Shown here: positions 1-13,840 of the stretch, in pieces | Layout: every line of letters begins with the position of its first letter | Numbering within the stretch: the stretch's first letter is position 1 | Source: Bugula neritina | Taxonomy: Eukaryota > Animalia > Bryozoa | Direction: 5' to 3' | Length of the DNA: 45,792 nt | Assembly (NCBI GenBank): GCA_964035545.1 | Contig: CAXIUT010000128.1 | Coordinates: 1 to 45,792, forward strand | The notes under the pieces: model-generated | Databases searched by the model: none | Told to the model about the DNA's origin: nothing | What the model saw: the letters and a program-made list of their open reading frames with translations, nothing else | Position numbers and translations under genes: made by a program

Positions 1-99
1 CCCAACCCCAACCCCAACCCCAACCCCAACCCCAACCCCAACCCCAACCCCAACCCCAACCCCAACCCCAACCCCAACCCCAACCCCAACCCCAACCCC
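1..99 (+). repeat. Left telomere, (CCCCAA)n
   Basis: Perfect C4A2 tandem array at the sequence start; the Tetrahymena-type ciliate telomere repeat. Confidence 0.99.
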
Positions 100-226
100 G
101 AAATATTTTATGATAATGACATATTTGATTTAATTTAGATATTTCATCGATATCAAAATATTATCCAACTATTGCAAAAAATAACTTTCAAAAATAAATA
201 AAAGAACTTATTTTGTATCAAATCGA

Positions 227-762
227 TCATAGATACCTCAGGTGATGCTCATTTCTATTTTAATACAAGTCTATCTCCATCATCTTCATTATCTATCTCT
301 TGTGGAAATACAAAATTATGGTTGATTAGACTTAATTTGGTCTTATTTGATGTATTTTGAAGTATTTTGTGTTATTTTTTTATTTTTTATTTTGAATTTG
401 AAAGGATGGCTTTAGCTATACTTATTTATATTGAAAAAGTCTATGAAAATAATTTAAAAAGTCTATGAGAAGACGAAAGTTTAGCTCTCAAAATGAAGTT
501 TTATAACTAAAAACGAAGAGATACCATCTCTAAAACCCATCAAACTATATAATAAAGTCATCTAGAAGAAAGTCAACTAAAAATAACATAAAAATATGCT
601 ATTATTATCAAAATATGTATTTATTGGACCTCCAGCTTGACGGAAATCTAACTATTTTACCTTCTACTCAAATCAAAATAATAATCACATTCTAACAACC
701 TTCTATGTTATGTTTGATGACTATCGCAGATATTTATAAAATGGTCAAAAAGGCAGTTCATA
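227..762 (-). CDS. Possible subtelomeric hypothetical protein (structure unresolved)
   Basis: Long TGA-free stretches on the minus strand under TAR=Glu, ending ...EHHLRYL-TGA at 227-229. Joining them needs frame changes or introns; no motif recognised. Confidence 0.3.
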
Positions 763-866
763 AATTATTATATAAACTTATTTTGCAAATGATTTCCATA
801 AGAGAATGCCTTCTGGTTTATATTTAAACACTTTTTTTTGCTAGATATTTATTTGTAATTTGATCA

Positions 867-1843
867 ATGCTTTTCAAAATCATTACTATATTGTTGGTTT
901 TAGGAATTTTGGCTATAGTAGATTGCTAAGTCAAGACCCGAACTTCAGGTCCTAGTCCTCAATGTTGCTGCTCTACCACAAAATCTTATAGCCGTCGTAG
1001 ATTGAATATCAAGGACATCAATTTTAGTTGGAAACAGACTCTTTACCTGATTAAAGCCAAAATACCTACTCAATTTCTGATGTCTTATCTAGGAAAACTA
1101 CCTAGGTAATATGCTGATCCTCTGCTGATTACATATAAGAAATAATATGATTACTTCCAAAAGCTAGATAATCAGTTTAGTGATATGGTTGGAGAGTTGC
1201 TTGAAGAATATGCTCAATATTGCTTTTAGACTCCTTAGACAGATGGAGATGAAGAAGATTAAGATGAAAATGAAGACGGCAATAACAGAAGATTGAGATA
1301 GTTGTCCTCTTCATAAAAGTTGGCGAATGAAGCCTATGACAAAACTATGGATGCACAGCTTCAGATGTTTTTCTATCCAATTTCTAAGAGATTAAACCTT
1401 GTCAATCCTTACATTCGAATCAATAGAAAACGTGATCAAGTTATCAGAAGAGGTCTAAGAAAGTTGAGAAGAGAGGGTAGAAAAGAAAGATAGGCTCTTT
1501 AGGCTAACTTAATCATAATGCCTGATCAAGATTAGTTCTATGAAAATAACAACAAAACTACCAAGAAAGAATGATGGATGACTTGATGAAGTACTATTGC
1601 CTTGGAGGATACAAAGCTTGGTTCAAGCATTTACTCTACAGATGGATGTATTTGACTCCTACAGCCAATGACTAGGATTTCATAAGAGGTCTATAGAAAT
1701 TTATAATACCAAATGATGATGAATTAGGAGTGAAAATGTTCAAACATTGGTCTGCTCAATTCTTAATGGCAAGAGATGATGCCAAAGACATCAGAAATAT
1801 GATCTGCGAGGGAGACAATAAAAATTGCAATCGGAGATGTTGA
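867..1843 (+). CDS. Secreted hypothetical protein with signal peptide
   Basis: MLFKIITILLVLGILAIVDC hydrophobic leader; open under TAR=Glu except one missing A near 1555; ends ICEGDNKNCNRRC-TGA. Confidence 0.75.
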
Positions 1844-2028
1844 TCGTCTATCGCCTTGTTTGTTTAATTATCAATATCAAAATATTATATACTCACTATT
1901 TTTTAAATTATCTATGATCAAAGAATTTTATTTTATCAATACTAATCAAACAAAAATCTGTATTAACCAATATGTTGATAAATGATAATAAGATATTAGT
2001 TATATTAATTTTATTAATTAAGTAAAAA

Positions 2029-2655
2029 ATGAGTAGATAGAAAATAATGAGATTGACTGACACTCTTTTCTTCAAATCTCAAAGCCAATAAAAATAACAA
2101 AAACGAAAAGTATCTAGAAGCAGTCTAGCAACAGAACGTCTATCCGCCCGTAAGAAATATGAAGAATTTACAAGTTCTACTAAATAACAACAAAAATAAA
2201 AAATAAAAATGGATGTCACTGCCAGAAGAAACCAATGGAAATAAGATTTCTATAGAGCAAATAATACATTTAGCATCTTTCCTAAAAAATAACTATAACA
2301 CTATCCACATAACAACGACAAATACAACGTCCAATTTCTCTAGAGATCACTACACGGAACAAGTACCTCATCAATTTATATAGATTTCAAACATCCACGC
2401 AAAGATACAGGATTATTCCACGTACCAAGAGAATCGCTTTATTCGTAGCATTACAAACCGATATTAAAAGAGAAAAAAGCAATGAATTAGACTTATTAGT
2501 TGAGAACTAGCATGTTTGGGGATACCTGGGTCGATACCAAGAGATCTAATATTATTGATTAGTATAAAATTCAAGCGAATCCTTTTAGAACTCCCATGAG
2601 TAATACCATCATAGCCACTATGAAAAAAGATAGGCATTATTATCATAAATTGTGA
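2029..2655 (+). CDS. Hypothetical protein (~200 aa)
   Basis: Uninterrupted ATG-to-TGA frame of 209 codons under TAR=Glu; possible in-frame 21-nt intron gtacctcatcaatttatatag. Confidence 0.7.
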
Positions 2656-2728
2656 TCTTTATTTAATCGTTATTTTAGTCATATGATCAATAGAGTCAAA
2701 TAATAATGTGATAAAGATTGACAAAGAA

Positions 2729-3978
2729 TCAACTTCTGGCTTTTTAGAACATTTTCTGAAGTGCTTCACAAGGTTCCATGTTTTCGAGGTTTTTAAATGC
2801 CAAATTGACCTAATTTTTAAGATATTTGATCAACGAATCTTTCAATTTGCATACACTATTATTAAGAACAGGATGTATAACTTATAGCTAAAACTATTCC
2901 GAAAACTAATGCCTATACGCAACAACTTCCCCAAAATCAACAACAAATCGAATTTGTTTACTAAACTTATTATGCAAAAACTTGAACAATTTATACAAAT
3001 TCTTACAACCGACATATTCTCTCTCTCATGCTCAATAACCCCCTTAATCTCATTCTAGATAACTTTCCTTTAATTTTATTATTGATTTTTAGGCAACCTA
3101 GATATAGGATAATAAATTGGCACTATATCTTTTATCTGCATATATTTCCTCTTAGATGACATGTAAAATCCTCTCTTCTATTGAATCGTATAATTTTAAA
3201 ATTGAACACTCAGTTCCTCTAAGATCTATGTTTACCCTTTGGTATTTATTTTAGAAAAAGTGTTCATACGTTTAAACATCTTTATCTTCTCTGGATTTTA
3301 TGATTCCTTGCGAATGATATTACTCACCCCATACCCAAAATTTATAAACACGCATATAACGATCAACTTCAAAGCCTACTCCGATATCACATGATGAAGA
3401 AGCTAGCGCTGATACGCCCAATACAACACCAAAATCATAGTTTACTTGAAATACAACTTCTAGTAATATTTTTAATAATACTCGTATAACTTATCCACCA
3501 GATGTCGAGAATCAAGTATCAAGGCATTTTTATGATAACTCGCCTCAGTCTTCAAACACCTCATATTATACAACACCATTTATAATTTATTATGCAATTT
3601 CAAATTTAGTTCTCTGTGTTCTCTGTCATATCTGATCCAGTAATCTTCTCTTTTCATGCTTTATAGGGAGTTTTATAAAGATTATAGATTTTATTTTTGA
3701 TTTGTGAAAAGAACTGTATGCGGTAGGCAATATAATCGAGGACTTGGCTAGCATATTATGTGATTTCTACGGGCTAGCTATGGGGTTTTTTATAAAGTGT
3801 CGAATCGCATCTTTATCTAGAGCTCGTCTCGGATAAATTTTAGTAAATAGGCGTTTGTCTAGGCCATGTCTTTGTCTCGTTAGCCATGCTAGAAATGGAT
3901 GCTGTTTGCTGTCTCATTCAGTGAACCTTCATTGACATCCATTTCGTCTTATCCTTCTTAGTAACTACTTGCCTCCAT
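2729..3978 (-). CDS. Hypothetical protein (~400 aa)
   Basis: MEASSYEEGEDEMDVNEG... open for about 300 codons under TAR=Glu; frame changes near 2950-3090 unresolved; ends EKARS-TGA. Confidence 0.65.
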
Positions 3979-4199
3979 TATTTAATTATTTAATTATTAT
4001 CAAATCATCAAAATATCAAGTTATCAAATTATCAAAATATCAAAATATGATTTCTGATAGAACATATAAAAGAAGATAATAGCTAAAATTTTATTTAAAT
4101 AGTTATTTTAAGATATAAAAAGTTGAAAAGAAAGTTAATTCTTATATATATGTACTTTAAATATAAGCTCATGAATTTGATTGCATTTTTTTAATAATA

Positions 4200-7100
4200 A
4201 TGAGTGACGCATCAAAAACTACTGATAATCCCTATAGCACTCTTCTCAAATAAGCAATATCCAATATTAAACATCTATCTAACGACTCATAAGATGATAT
4301 CGAATTAGAAGTATAACCTCAAAGACCTGCTCTTTCTCTTTAAAAAAGAAGCAAAAATGACTCTTTTTAATTTTTTCTTTAAAGAGTCAGAAAAGAAATT
4401 AAAATAATACCGTCAATCTTCTTCAACAACCAACTCGTGGTTTAATAAGTTATATACCTGAACTTCATTCGAATTCAAATGTAGTCAATCAGGCAATCCA
4501 ATTTGCCTCACTGATAGTAGAAATCCTCCTAATACTGTAAATCTTCTTGAACAGTCAACTAGCAATAACATAATTAACATACCTGATACTCATTCAAATG
4601 AAGCAAATCCAATTCGAATCATTGACGACAAAAATCCTAAATCCAAAAAGAAGTAACCTGTAGTAATCGATATCGACAGCAAATCAAAGAAAAACGTCTA
4701 AAAATACAGAAGATCAGTATTTGGTGGTACCTTAGCTAAACAAAAATAGCCAATACAATAGATACTCCCAACCCGTAACACAAAAGAATAAATGAAAAAG
4801 CAGATGCAGATAGTATAATAGATGAATAAGCCAACATGGGCAATAAACAAATAACAAAGAAAAATAATAAATAAATAAAAATATCCTAATTCTTTTACAC
4901 ATTCCTATGACTATTCTTCAAATCATCGATTTACTGGAATGAGAAGCAATAAAGACGATCCGCATTATTAGTTTTTAAAGAAAAAATAATAAAGACAACA
5001 AATTAAACTCTAAAAATTGAAAATAAAACAAAAATAAAAATAATTATAAAATTATAAAGAAAAAGAAAAAAACAAAGATAAGTTTAAAGTTGTCAAAATT
5101 TTATATAAGATATCATAGGAATTCCACATTAAAAAAGATAATCTCATCATATAAATAACTTCTAATAAAGTTCATCAGGGTAAAAATTAAGAAGATCTGA
5201 CATCCTAGACTAAATAATAGAATAAGATGGACTTTAGAATCCAGGATACAAGAAAAGACGGGTTCGCATAGGTTTGAAAGACAACATTCAAGCTCTACAA
5301 TCAGATACTCCTCTTATGAATCTTATCCTCAAACATAATTTCGGATAATAACAAAATTTACTATAAAATAAACGAATTCCATAGTTCTTTTAAGATCACT
5401 CCATGTACAACAAAATCTTTCACTATCTTATCACCAATTAATGCATCGCCGATATCAGACATCGATTAAAAAATATCTAAAAAAACAGTTCCTGAATGTC
5501 TAAAAGTAAATATCAACCACTGCAATACTAATTCCAAAGGTTTAGTATAACTATATCTCCATCAAAAATAATAAGCTTAAAATGGTACTTTTCAACTAAA
5601 AAATATAAGTTTATCAAAATATCGACTTGGATTGATATGTTCCTCAAAAGAGTATAGAAATTAGTTTTATGGAGTTCCAGGGAAAATGAAAGATCAATTC
5701 GCTTTCCTCTGTCGATTAGTCACCCCCTAAACCAAAGAATAACTCGGATAGGAAGTTAAAGCAGTCGCTTGTATCAGTAATACCGAATTAGAACTTCTAC
5801 TTAAACGAAGAAAATCAAAATAAGTTTGCTTCTTCGATTTATAAAAATTAACCACACATATCAGATAGTTTCTGGCAGTTACTAATATCGTTACTCATAA
5901 CTATCTTCAGCAATTTTTGACCCAAAAATGGTATAAAATTAACAAGGATCATTCGCTCCCCATAGAGACGTACTCTAAAATATTCTTTAATACTTAAGTC
6001 AAATATTCAACTAAACTCAATGGTATCCATCCGCTAGATGGTACTCAGAGATAAAGGTTTTGTGTTGCTACAGGGTCCGCCAGGAACAGGAAAGACATCA
6101 ACTCTCATGGACTACTATCTGCACAATACTAATATTTAAAGAAAATAAACGATCATCGTAAAATAATGATATGCGCTCCATCAAATGCAGCTGTCGATCA
6201 CATCACTAAGCGAATCATTTGCTAGGGTCTGATTAATGGATAAGGATAAATCATAAGACCTAATATTCTTAGAGTGGGAATCGTTTAGACATAAGACAAA
6301 GATGTTAAATCAGTTAGTCTTGATCATATCTGTGAAATGTAGATGATAGCCAATTAGTAGTAATCAATAAAGAAAAGTCGAATGACTACTTCATAGATTA
6401 AATAGAAAATACAAATTTTACAAAAAGAATTACGCAAACTTAGCAAAAAAGCATCAGAATATTTAGTAAATTCAAAGAAAAAATAAATTAGATAATATTA
6501 AAACATGCTATTCAACTTCAAAAGATAAAAATTTGTTCTTTCAAAAAGAAACTACGCACAAACTGAACAAAAATTCCTCATTAATGCATAAATCATCCTA
6601 ACCACACTAGCTAGCTCAGGAAACGACAAACTAGACAAACTAAGAGGATAAATCGCCTGTCTAATCGTCGACTAGGCAGCCCAAGCAACCGAACCTAACT
6701 TGTTAATAGCTTTGCAAACAGGAGTATAAAAAGTATTACTGATTGGTGATCCCTATCAGCTGCCTGCTACTTGCATCAGTCAAGATTCAAATGTAACACT
6801 TATCAATCGTTCTTTGTTTTAGAGATTTTTAGATGCCAATATTAAACCATATTTTTGAATATTCAATATAGGATGTCACCAATGATCAGAATCTTTCCAT
6901 CTTCTAGATTTTATCAAAATCGATTGAAAGATGATGAATCGATTATGACTCGAACGACACCTAAATTTATTCAAAATTTTATTCAAAGAAGTGTTATTTT
7001 TATTGATATAAAATATGGTTTTTAAAATAAACGAGGAGATTCTTGTTTAATTAGTAATAAACAAAAGTAGCCAGCTTACTGATACGATGTCTGATGGATC

Positions 7101-7849
7101 GATCAGTAACAATGGGTTTAATTACACCTTACCAAGCCCAAAGAAAACTCGTAAGAAAAGATTGCTAATATTGTTTAAAAAATAATTAATAATAAAGAAA
7201 TATGCTAGAAAAAGAAATAATGATCAACACTGTTGATTCTTTTCAAGGGCAATAAAAAGACATCATACTAGTATCGACAGTCAGAGCAAATCGTTCACGA
7301 GAAGTTGGATTTCTCAGTGACGAAAGAAGAATCAATGTAACTTTAACCCGTGCTAAACATCTACTGATAGTCATTGGCAATGGAGATACTCTTGGCAGCA
7401 ATGAAGTATGGAAGTAATTTCTAGATGAAGTATAATCTAAAAATTGTTACTATTAGATCCAATAACCATCATAGGTAGATGATGTTTTAGGCAACGTATT
7501 TCAAACAAAAAATGATAAAAAAATACATAGAAAACATTATAAACATCTATCAACTGATATCAGAAAAATCAACAGAAGATAAATCGAATCAAAAGATTTT
7601 ATTGTCAATAGAAAGTAATAGCAAAATATAAAATATATAAAATAAGATAAAAATGGAGAGAATGAAGAAGTAAATGATCGATAGAAATTTAATAATGAGG
7701 TTAGTGGTGAATAGAAGCAGGAAGAGAAGAGACAATGGTAGTAAGATAATTTACGATTTTAGTTAATGAATGCAAGAATGCAGAAGTTTTAAGAATAAAA
7801 TTGTTAAAAATTAAAAAATGATCCCTTCTATAAAAACATGTTCGCGTGA
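4200..7849 (+). CDS. Sen1/senataxin-like (Upf1-family) SF1 helicase
   Basis: Motifs [11 protein letters not shown] (~6065-6097), [14 protein letters not shown](TAG=E)[20 protein letters not shown](TAG)[23 protein letters not shown](TAA)[13 protein letters not shown]. Several 1-nt homopolymer deletions. Confidence 0.92.
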
Positions 7850-7989
7850 TTATATCTTTACTTCAAATTGCTGGACCCCTTTTAAAATCTTTAAAATGTA
7901 ATGTTTCCTTGCTTTCATGATCAAATCATATCAGCTGAAGAGATATTTTATTCAATAGATAAAATGGCATTGAACAATCATAGGTGCAA

Positions 7990-9188
7990 TCATAACTTTT
8001 TGACTAGTTCTATAGCTGTTATTTCCCCTTCTTCTTCTTGGATATGATCATTAGCCTTCACAAGAGATTCGACCTCGCTGTTTGTCTTCTTATGCTTGTA
8101 CTGTTTCTTGCGTTGATCGATAGTCCTACTCTAGACCTATGAATGAGACGAATTAGCTGAAGTTGAAGTCGAAGTTGGTTGTTCAATAGTCACCTCTTCT
8201 AAATTGATTTCCATCTCTTAAAACTTCTTTCTATGATCATGGATAGGAAGGATTGAACTTTTAGACTGAACATGTTTCAAAAAAGCTGATAACCTACATA
8301 ACTGTCTATCTTTTTAACCTCCATCAAATTGCTATATTTTATAGAAATTTTAAGGATGAAGCAATCCAGCAATAGAATTATCCTAAATAATCTAAAAAAT
8401 ACATCAACAATGATAATATCTTGAAGTTCCCGTCCCAATATCTTCAAATTTTTAATATAATAAGTTTTGTTAATAACAATACAATGATTTCTGTACAACC
8501 GATGCGAGATCCGTTTTTTCGGATCAATCAAATCGATAACTTTATCCGCATACAACTGCTGACTAGCAGTAAAAACAACAATTTCATATATTTTTGACAT
8601 CTAAAACAAAAAAGACTATAATCCGAATCGCTTAGTTGTATATATCGATGTCGAACGACCATTGAATAACACCTAACTTTATCAAAATCAATACCTAGGA
8701 TTCATAGTCATATTTTGATGGCTTTGTAAAACTACTATGGATGAGTGTTTCGTCAAGATCCAACACCAACACCTTCTTCTTCTCTTTCTGAGGAGGCAGA
8801 ACCACCGATACATGAGCTTTCTTCTTAATTTTTGATACAACAGCTCCTAATTAAGAATCATTGATATCCATTTATAATTTAGGAGTACTTCTACACCAAT
8901 ATCTCCAAAATTCATAAAACAAATTAGATATCTCTTCACACATGTCGCCTTCTCTCGACTAAATACCTCTTCGATTATCTATTATTTATATTATTCGGTA
9001 TTAGGAACCTGATTGCTATCTTGTTCTTCTGTCACCTCGATTATGTTTCTTTATTAGTGATGGTATACATGAGATCGGTCTTCGGTGGGCTGCTTGCAGG
9101 CGAATGACTGCATTCTTAGGATGTTTGGCTGGGTGGTTTGGAATTCTTGATCATGGAAAATAGAAATTTTAATATTATAGAATAACAT
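7990..9188 (-). CDS. SCP/CTDSP-like (FCP1/NIF) HAD phosphatase
   Basis: KVLVLDLDETLIHS catalytic DxDxT motif; YEIVVFTASQQLYADKVIDLIDP; RLYRNHC; KNLKILGREL. Tiny introns present; start uncertain (9188 or ~9113). Confidence 0.9.
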
Positions 9189-9333
9189 TCTATAAATGTA
9201 ATTTCGTTTTTGGAATTTAAATTTAAACTATTAGGATTATTTATAGAGAATTTTCAATAATCAAGATTATCTATAGGTCATGTCCTATTTATTATCTGTT
9301 TGATAGTTTTGTATTATAATATATTGATTGTTG

Positions 9334-9870
9334 ATGAGAATCGAGAGGTGCTATTTCTGTTCTGGACCTGTCTACCCAGGCCACGGCATGATGTTCGTCA
9401 GAAACGACTGCAAGACATTCAGATTCTGCAGGGCTAAGTGCCATCGTCACTTCAAGGCCAAGCATAATCCAAGAAAACTAGCATGGACTAAAGCCTATAG
9501 AAAAATTCATAATAAATAATTAGTTTAAGATCCTATTTTCTAGTTCTAAAAGAAAAGAAACTAGCCAGAAATGTACAACAGATAGATCTATGTCAAAACA
9601 GTTCAAGCCATGCAGAGGATAGCTGATATCAAGCAAAGAAGATAAGACCGTTTCTGGTAAAATAGAATGAAATTAGCTGACGTCCAGAAGCAAACCACAA
9701 GAGACAGAGAAGTAATCAATAACCAAACACTAATCAAGATGAATCCTCAAAACGAGGCAGTTCTCGAAAAGGTAAAATCAAGATAAAAGCAACGCCAGGA
9801 AGAGAAACAGATGTAGAAACAATCAAGAATGAAAAAGAGAGGAACAATGATGATCGAAGAAGAAGCATGA
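9334..9870 (+). CDS. RLP24: Ribosome biogenesis protein RLP24 (RSL24D1)
   Basis: [32 protein letters not shown]... continues through TAA/TAG as K-E-L...F-E-F-E-KKRN-E-P, matching the conserved FEFEKRRNEP; 179 codons to TGA. Confidence 0.97.
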
Positions 9871-9904
9871 TATCCAAGTTTATTATTTCAAATTATAAAT
9901 AAGA

Positions 9905-10268
9905 ATGAATCAAAAGGAAATAAATAACTATCAGGAGTTGGTTTAGTTTGTTCTCAAAAATAGTGGAATTGCTATCATCTAATTTTATTCGTAAATATAT
10001 TGGGAACAGAACTTGCACTGCCTGCAAAATCATGGCTCCACATCTGGAACATCTTAAAGCAACCAATTAAGTTGCAGTCGGTCGAGTCGATTCTTAAAAA
10101 ATATACGAACTAGCTGCCAAATTCAGCATCCATGCCACTCCTTCATATATACTACTCAAGAAATCAGGAGCAGACATCGAAATGGTGCAAATAGTTGTAA
10201 GTGCAAATCTCTAGAAATTAAAAAAGTTGTTCTAGATGGCTAATAACATCCTAAACTTAAAAAAGTGA
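9905..10268 (+). CDS. Thioredoxin-fold protein with CTAC motif
   Basis: After removing a 19-nt intron (9991-10009): IIEFYSTCTACKIMAPHLE...VGRVDSE...ELAAKFSIHATPSY; 115 codons. Confidence 0.8.
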
Positions 10269-10274
10269 TTGATC

Positions 10275-11900
10275 TCAAATGTCTAATTGAAATGTATCCA
10301 AAGAAGTATCCCTTTTAATGTCTTTTAGTTATGAAAGTAAGATAACATAAGATCACTTGGTTCTGAGACAATTTTAAAAAGCAGACACCATAAGTTATAT
10401 TTCTTATTTTCTTTGACTCTCCAATTCCTCATTCCGTTTCCTCATCACCACCAACTTCTTCTTCAACTTCTAGTTATTAGGATTCTACTGCTCCAATAAA
10501 TGTATCTTATCTTTAAGTTTAGCATTTTAGTTTATAATCTACTGCACTTTCTTGAGATTGTCCTATCCACTTTCAAACATCATGATCTCCTCTTCAAAAG
10601 CATTCTCTTGAAATTTATCCATCTCGCTTATCTATTACCCCAACCTCAAAAATTATTTATTATGTCGACCAGAATCAGGTGTCCCCTTCTCTATTTCACT
10701 CAAAGATAACATCCCCCTCTCATTTGATTATCTGCTTGAACCGTATGTCAATGATTGACATCTTAGAGATTCATAATTAGACCATAATTAACTAAATTAA
10801 CGCTATCTCAATTCTCTTCCGATTCTGACTTCGACTAACTGTCCTTGGATTTAACCTATCCTCTACGCCTGACTCTTTATCTTCTATTTCAAGTTGGCTA
10901 TCACCTTCTTATTTGATACCTAGATTTATTCTTTCTGTTTTGTTATACTTTATAAAGAATTCGATAGTTTCTATATTCTTATTTGTAAATTCATGTTATT
11001 TTGCTATAATTATGATATTTTAGAATCGATTTTACCTTTTTCAGATAACAGATCTGATTCCAACAATCTGTTGGACAGTTGCAACTATGTTACCATTTTG
11101 TTAAGTTTTAAAATTTATTCATCTTTTTAGTGAAAAAGTGTATCAGTTTACTAATAAGCCAATAATCTCTTTCTCAATGAATCTACTTCAGACTCTCTTC
11201 TGATTTCCATCTATTTGTACTACTGAATTAAATCTTACATTTAAACTTTCTATATTAACAACTTCTGCATATCACTATCTTTAGAATTCAATATAAATTT
11301 TAGTTATACATTCTAGTCTTCCAGTTTCTACTTTGATCTTATTCTATTTGGATTCTTTGTCTTTTCGATAGCGACTACCTTTGTCTTTGGCTCTTTGAAG
11401 AAAATCTTTGATAGCTACTTGATTCTAGGCAGCTAATTCTGTTATATATTGCACTGCACTATGATCCTAAATCAATAATTCAAATAAATGTTCAAGATAT
11501 AATTCCAAAATGTCCAAATCGAAGTTTTTTACCATTTTGTATAAATCTTAATTTTACATTGTTCCTATCTCATGACCCAAATATCCAAGAGCCCTTTCCA
11601 TCACTTTCCTTATACCAGTAAAATTGCTTATACGGGTCTTAATAAAATTTGAATTAGATTCACTACTTTCTGCCTCAAGGATAACTGCAGTAGATACTAG
11701 AGAATCAAGATGAATTGAAAGGTCTGGGATATTAGGAAGGCTATATCAGATGGAATTTACATTGCTAGAAGGGCAGAATGGAATAATTGAGGATTGAAGA
11801 AGTCATGGACTGATTTATATTGGTGATCAGGTACCAAGTAGTGTGATATTTTACCTAGTGCTTGATCAAAAGAACCTTCTAAGTAGTGCATTGACTACAT
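10275..11900 (-). CDS. Hook-family-like coiled-coil protein
   Basis: N-terminal IKTRISNFTGIRKVM and QYITELAAENQVAI resemble the Hook domain; long Glu-rich coiled coil; C-terminal RKEEIELMVSAF resembles the Hook EEKLIVSAW. 20-nt intron at 11741-11760; 3' end approximate. Confidence 0.6.
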
Positions 11901-12025
11901 ATTTACTCAAATGAAGAATATTAAATTATAAAATAACTTAAAACAAATTATTTGAACACTATAAAATATATCTATTTGGTATTAATTGATAAACTAAACG
12001 ATATCAAACAATAATATTGATATAA

Positions 12026-13644
12026 TCAGACTCCTAAGGCGACTAGATACTTATTTAGCTGAACAGCCAAGTCGAACTTACTCATTTATGCTTTAACGGA
12101 TATTCCATCTTAAAATTATTTTTTTTAACATCCTACAGCCTGTGCAATACCCCAAACGACCTTAAGCAAAAACGCTGTATCTTATTTGCATCCTTCTCCA
12201 TTGAGGGTAGTAGCCCCTTTTGAACTCAATTAGTACTACTCAAGATAGGTCTTCAAATATTTTCTTAGAGCAGGTTTCGCTGGAAATTTAAAAACCTATC
12301 TACTGATAGATGAGCATTGCATAAGTGAAACTTTAACAGAATTAGTTTTAGCCATAAGTGTATTAGCCTAATTATTAAAAACAACCTGCAACTTCTGAAA
12401 GGCCTTGGCCTAAGGCTAATGCAAAGTCAAAAACTCTTGCTTTTCCTACACATACTATTTAATCTTCTTAAGATTCCTATCAACAAGAATTCCAAGCGTA
12501 TGCACCATAAAATAAACCATCGCATCAGAATACTGAAAAGATTTATCACTATCAAACATACTTTAAAGAATAAGTGTAATATCCAACATTTTACGATGCT
12601 CTCCCTATATCTATTTTATCTTCCTTTTCACTTGTAAAAGTTCATCAAGATTACCTTATTCCTTCGTTAGCGGTGATAGCTATTCACTATGAACCGATGA
12701 TGATCTGTCTGTTATCTTTGACCAATCGAATTTTATCGCTGTTGGCTTTTTGTTTTGAATTGAGCTAACTGATGAGTTCTTCTTCATTAGCTTCATTAAA
12801 TCATATTAGAAATCTTTTTACTTTTTTGTTATAGTGCCATGAGGAGTAATTTCGTATTAGTAAAAATAATCTTACCAACTTATACGACGAAATTGATCTT
12901 TTTATAACATCCTACGAAGCATCATCTCAACTACAGGACTAATATTGAATTTCTACGATGGAATGGGGATACCGCACGATCTCCACTATACACTTCCAAC
13001 ATCTCTTTGATATTACAGTGACCATATGGACAATATCCAAACAACATCTAGAAAAGAACAATCCCGCATGACCAAACATCAGCTTTCGCCCCATATACAT
13101 CTCCATTGAGTATCTATGGTGCCATGTAGAGCGGAGACCCGAGAGACGTTTGCGTGAAATCATCACTACTTCTCAACTGTTTACAAAATCCAAAATCAGC
13201 CAACTTAAGATGTCCTGACTTGAAAAAGATATTATTAGGTTTGACATCGCGATGCAAAATATGCAATCCAACCAAATCTTTAAAACCATTGATTAGTTGC
13301 CTGAATATAGAAAGAGCCTATTTTTATGGAAGTGGGCCTCTTGTTCTCATCATCTATTCGAGAGTGCCTTCCTAGCAGAACTCGTAAACAAGGTAGACAT
13401 AGTTACTACTTTTGATCATTTAGACAAATTTGATGATGTTGATGTTGTTTTCAAGTAGCTTAAGAGTCTATATTTAGTTTTTTGTTAGTTGGGATAATTT
13501 AGGGATTGTTTAGAACATGTCGATAGGTATCATCTTGACTGCCACTTCTATTCTAGTATCCATATGGAATGCCCGATACACCTTTCCGTATTCTCCCTTG
13601 CCAAGGTATTCAGTCAATGTGTAGTTTTATATGATTTTTACCAT
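12026..13644 (-). CDS. Ser/Thr protein kinase (ULK/CAMK-like) with C-terminal extension
   Basis: LGKGEYGKVY, VAVK, LHRDVKPNN, LADFG, GSPLYMAP(TAG=E)IL, DVWSCG. Confidence 0.93.
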
Positions 13645-13840
13645 AACTGCCTTTATAATGTAATAACACCCCATAACAATAATTTGAAATACAGAAATAA
13701 TCTGCCTGCTAGTTGCCTTTCCATGATGTTTAAAGATAAATTTGATAAGTATTAGATTCTAGATATTCAATTTATGATCATTTTATCAAAAATAAATCAA
13801 TTCGTGTCAAAATGCAATCTATAATATATACGATAGTTGA

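Noticed and set aside
434-468. Direct repeat aaaaagtctatga (two copies) near the left end
   Set aside because: Short and AT-rich, with no counterpart at the other end; no function supportable.
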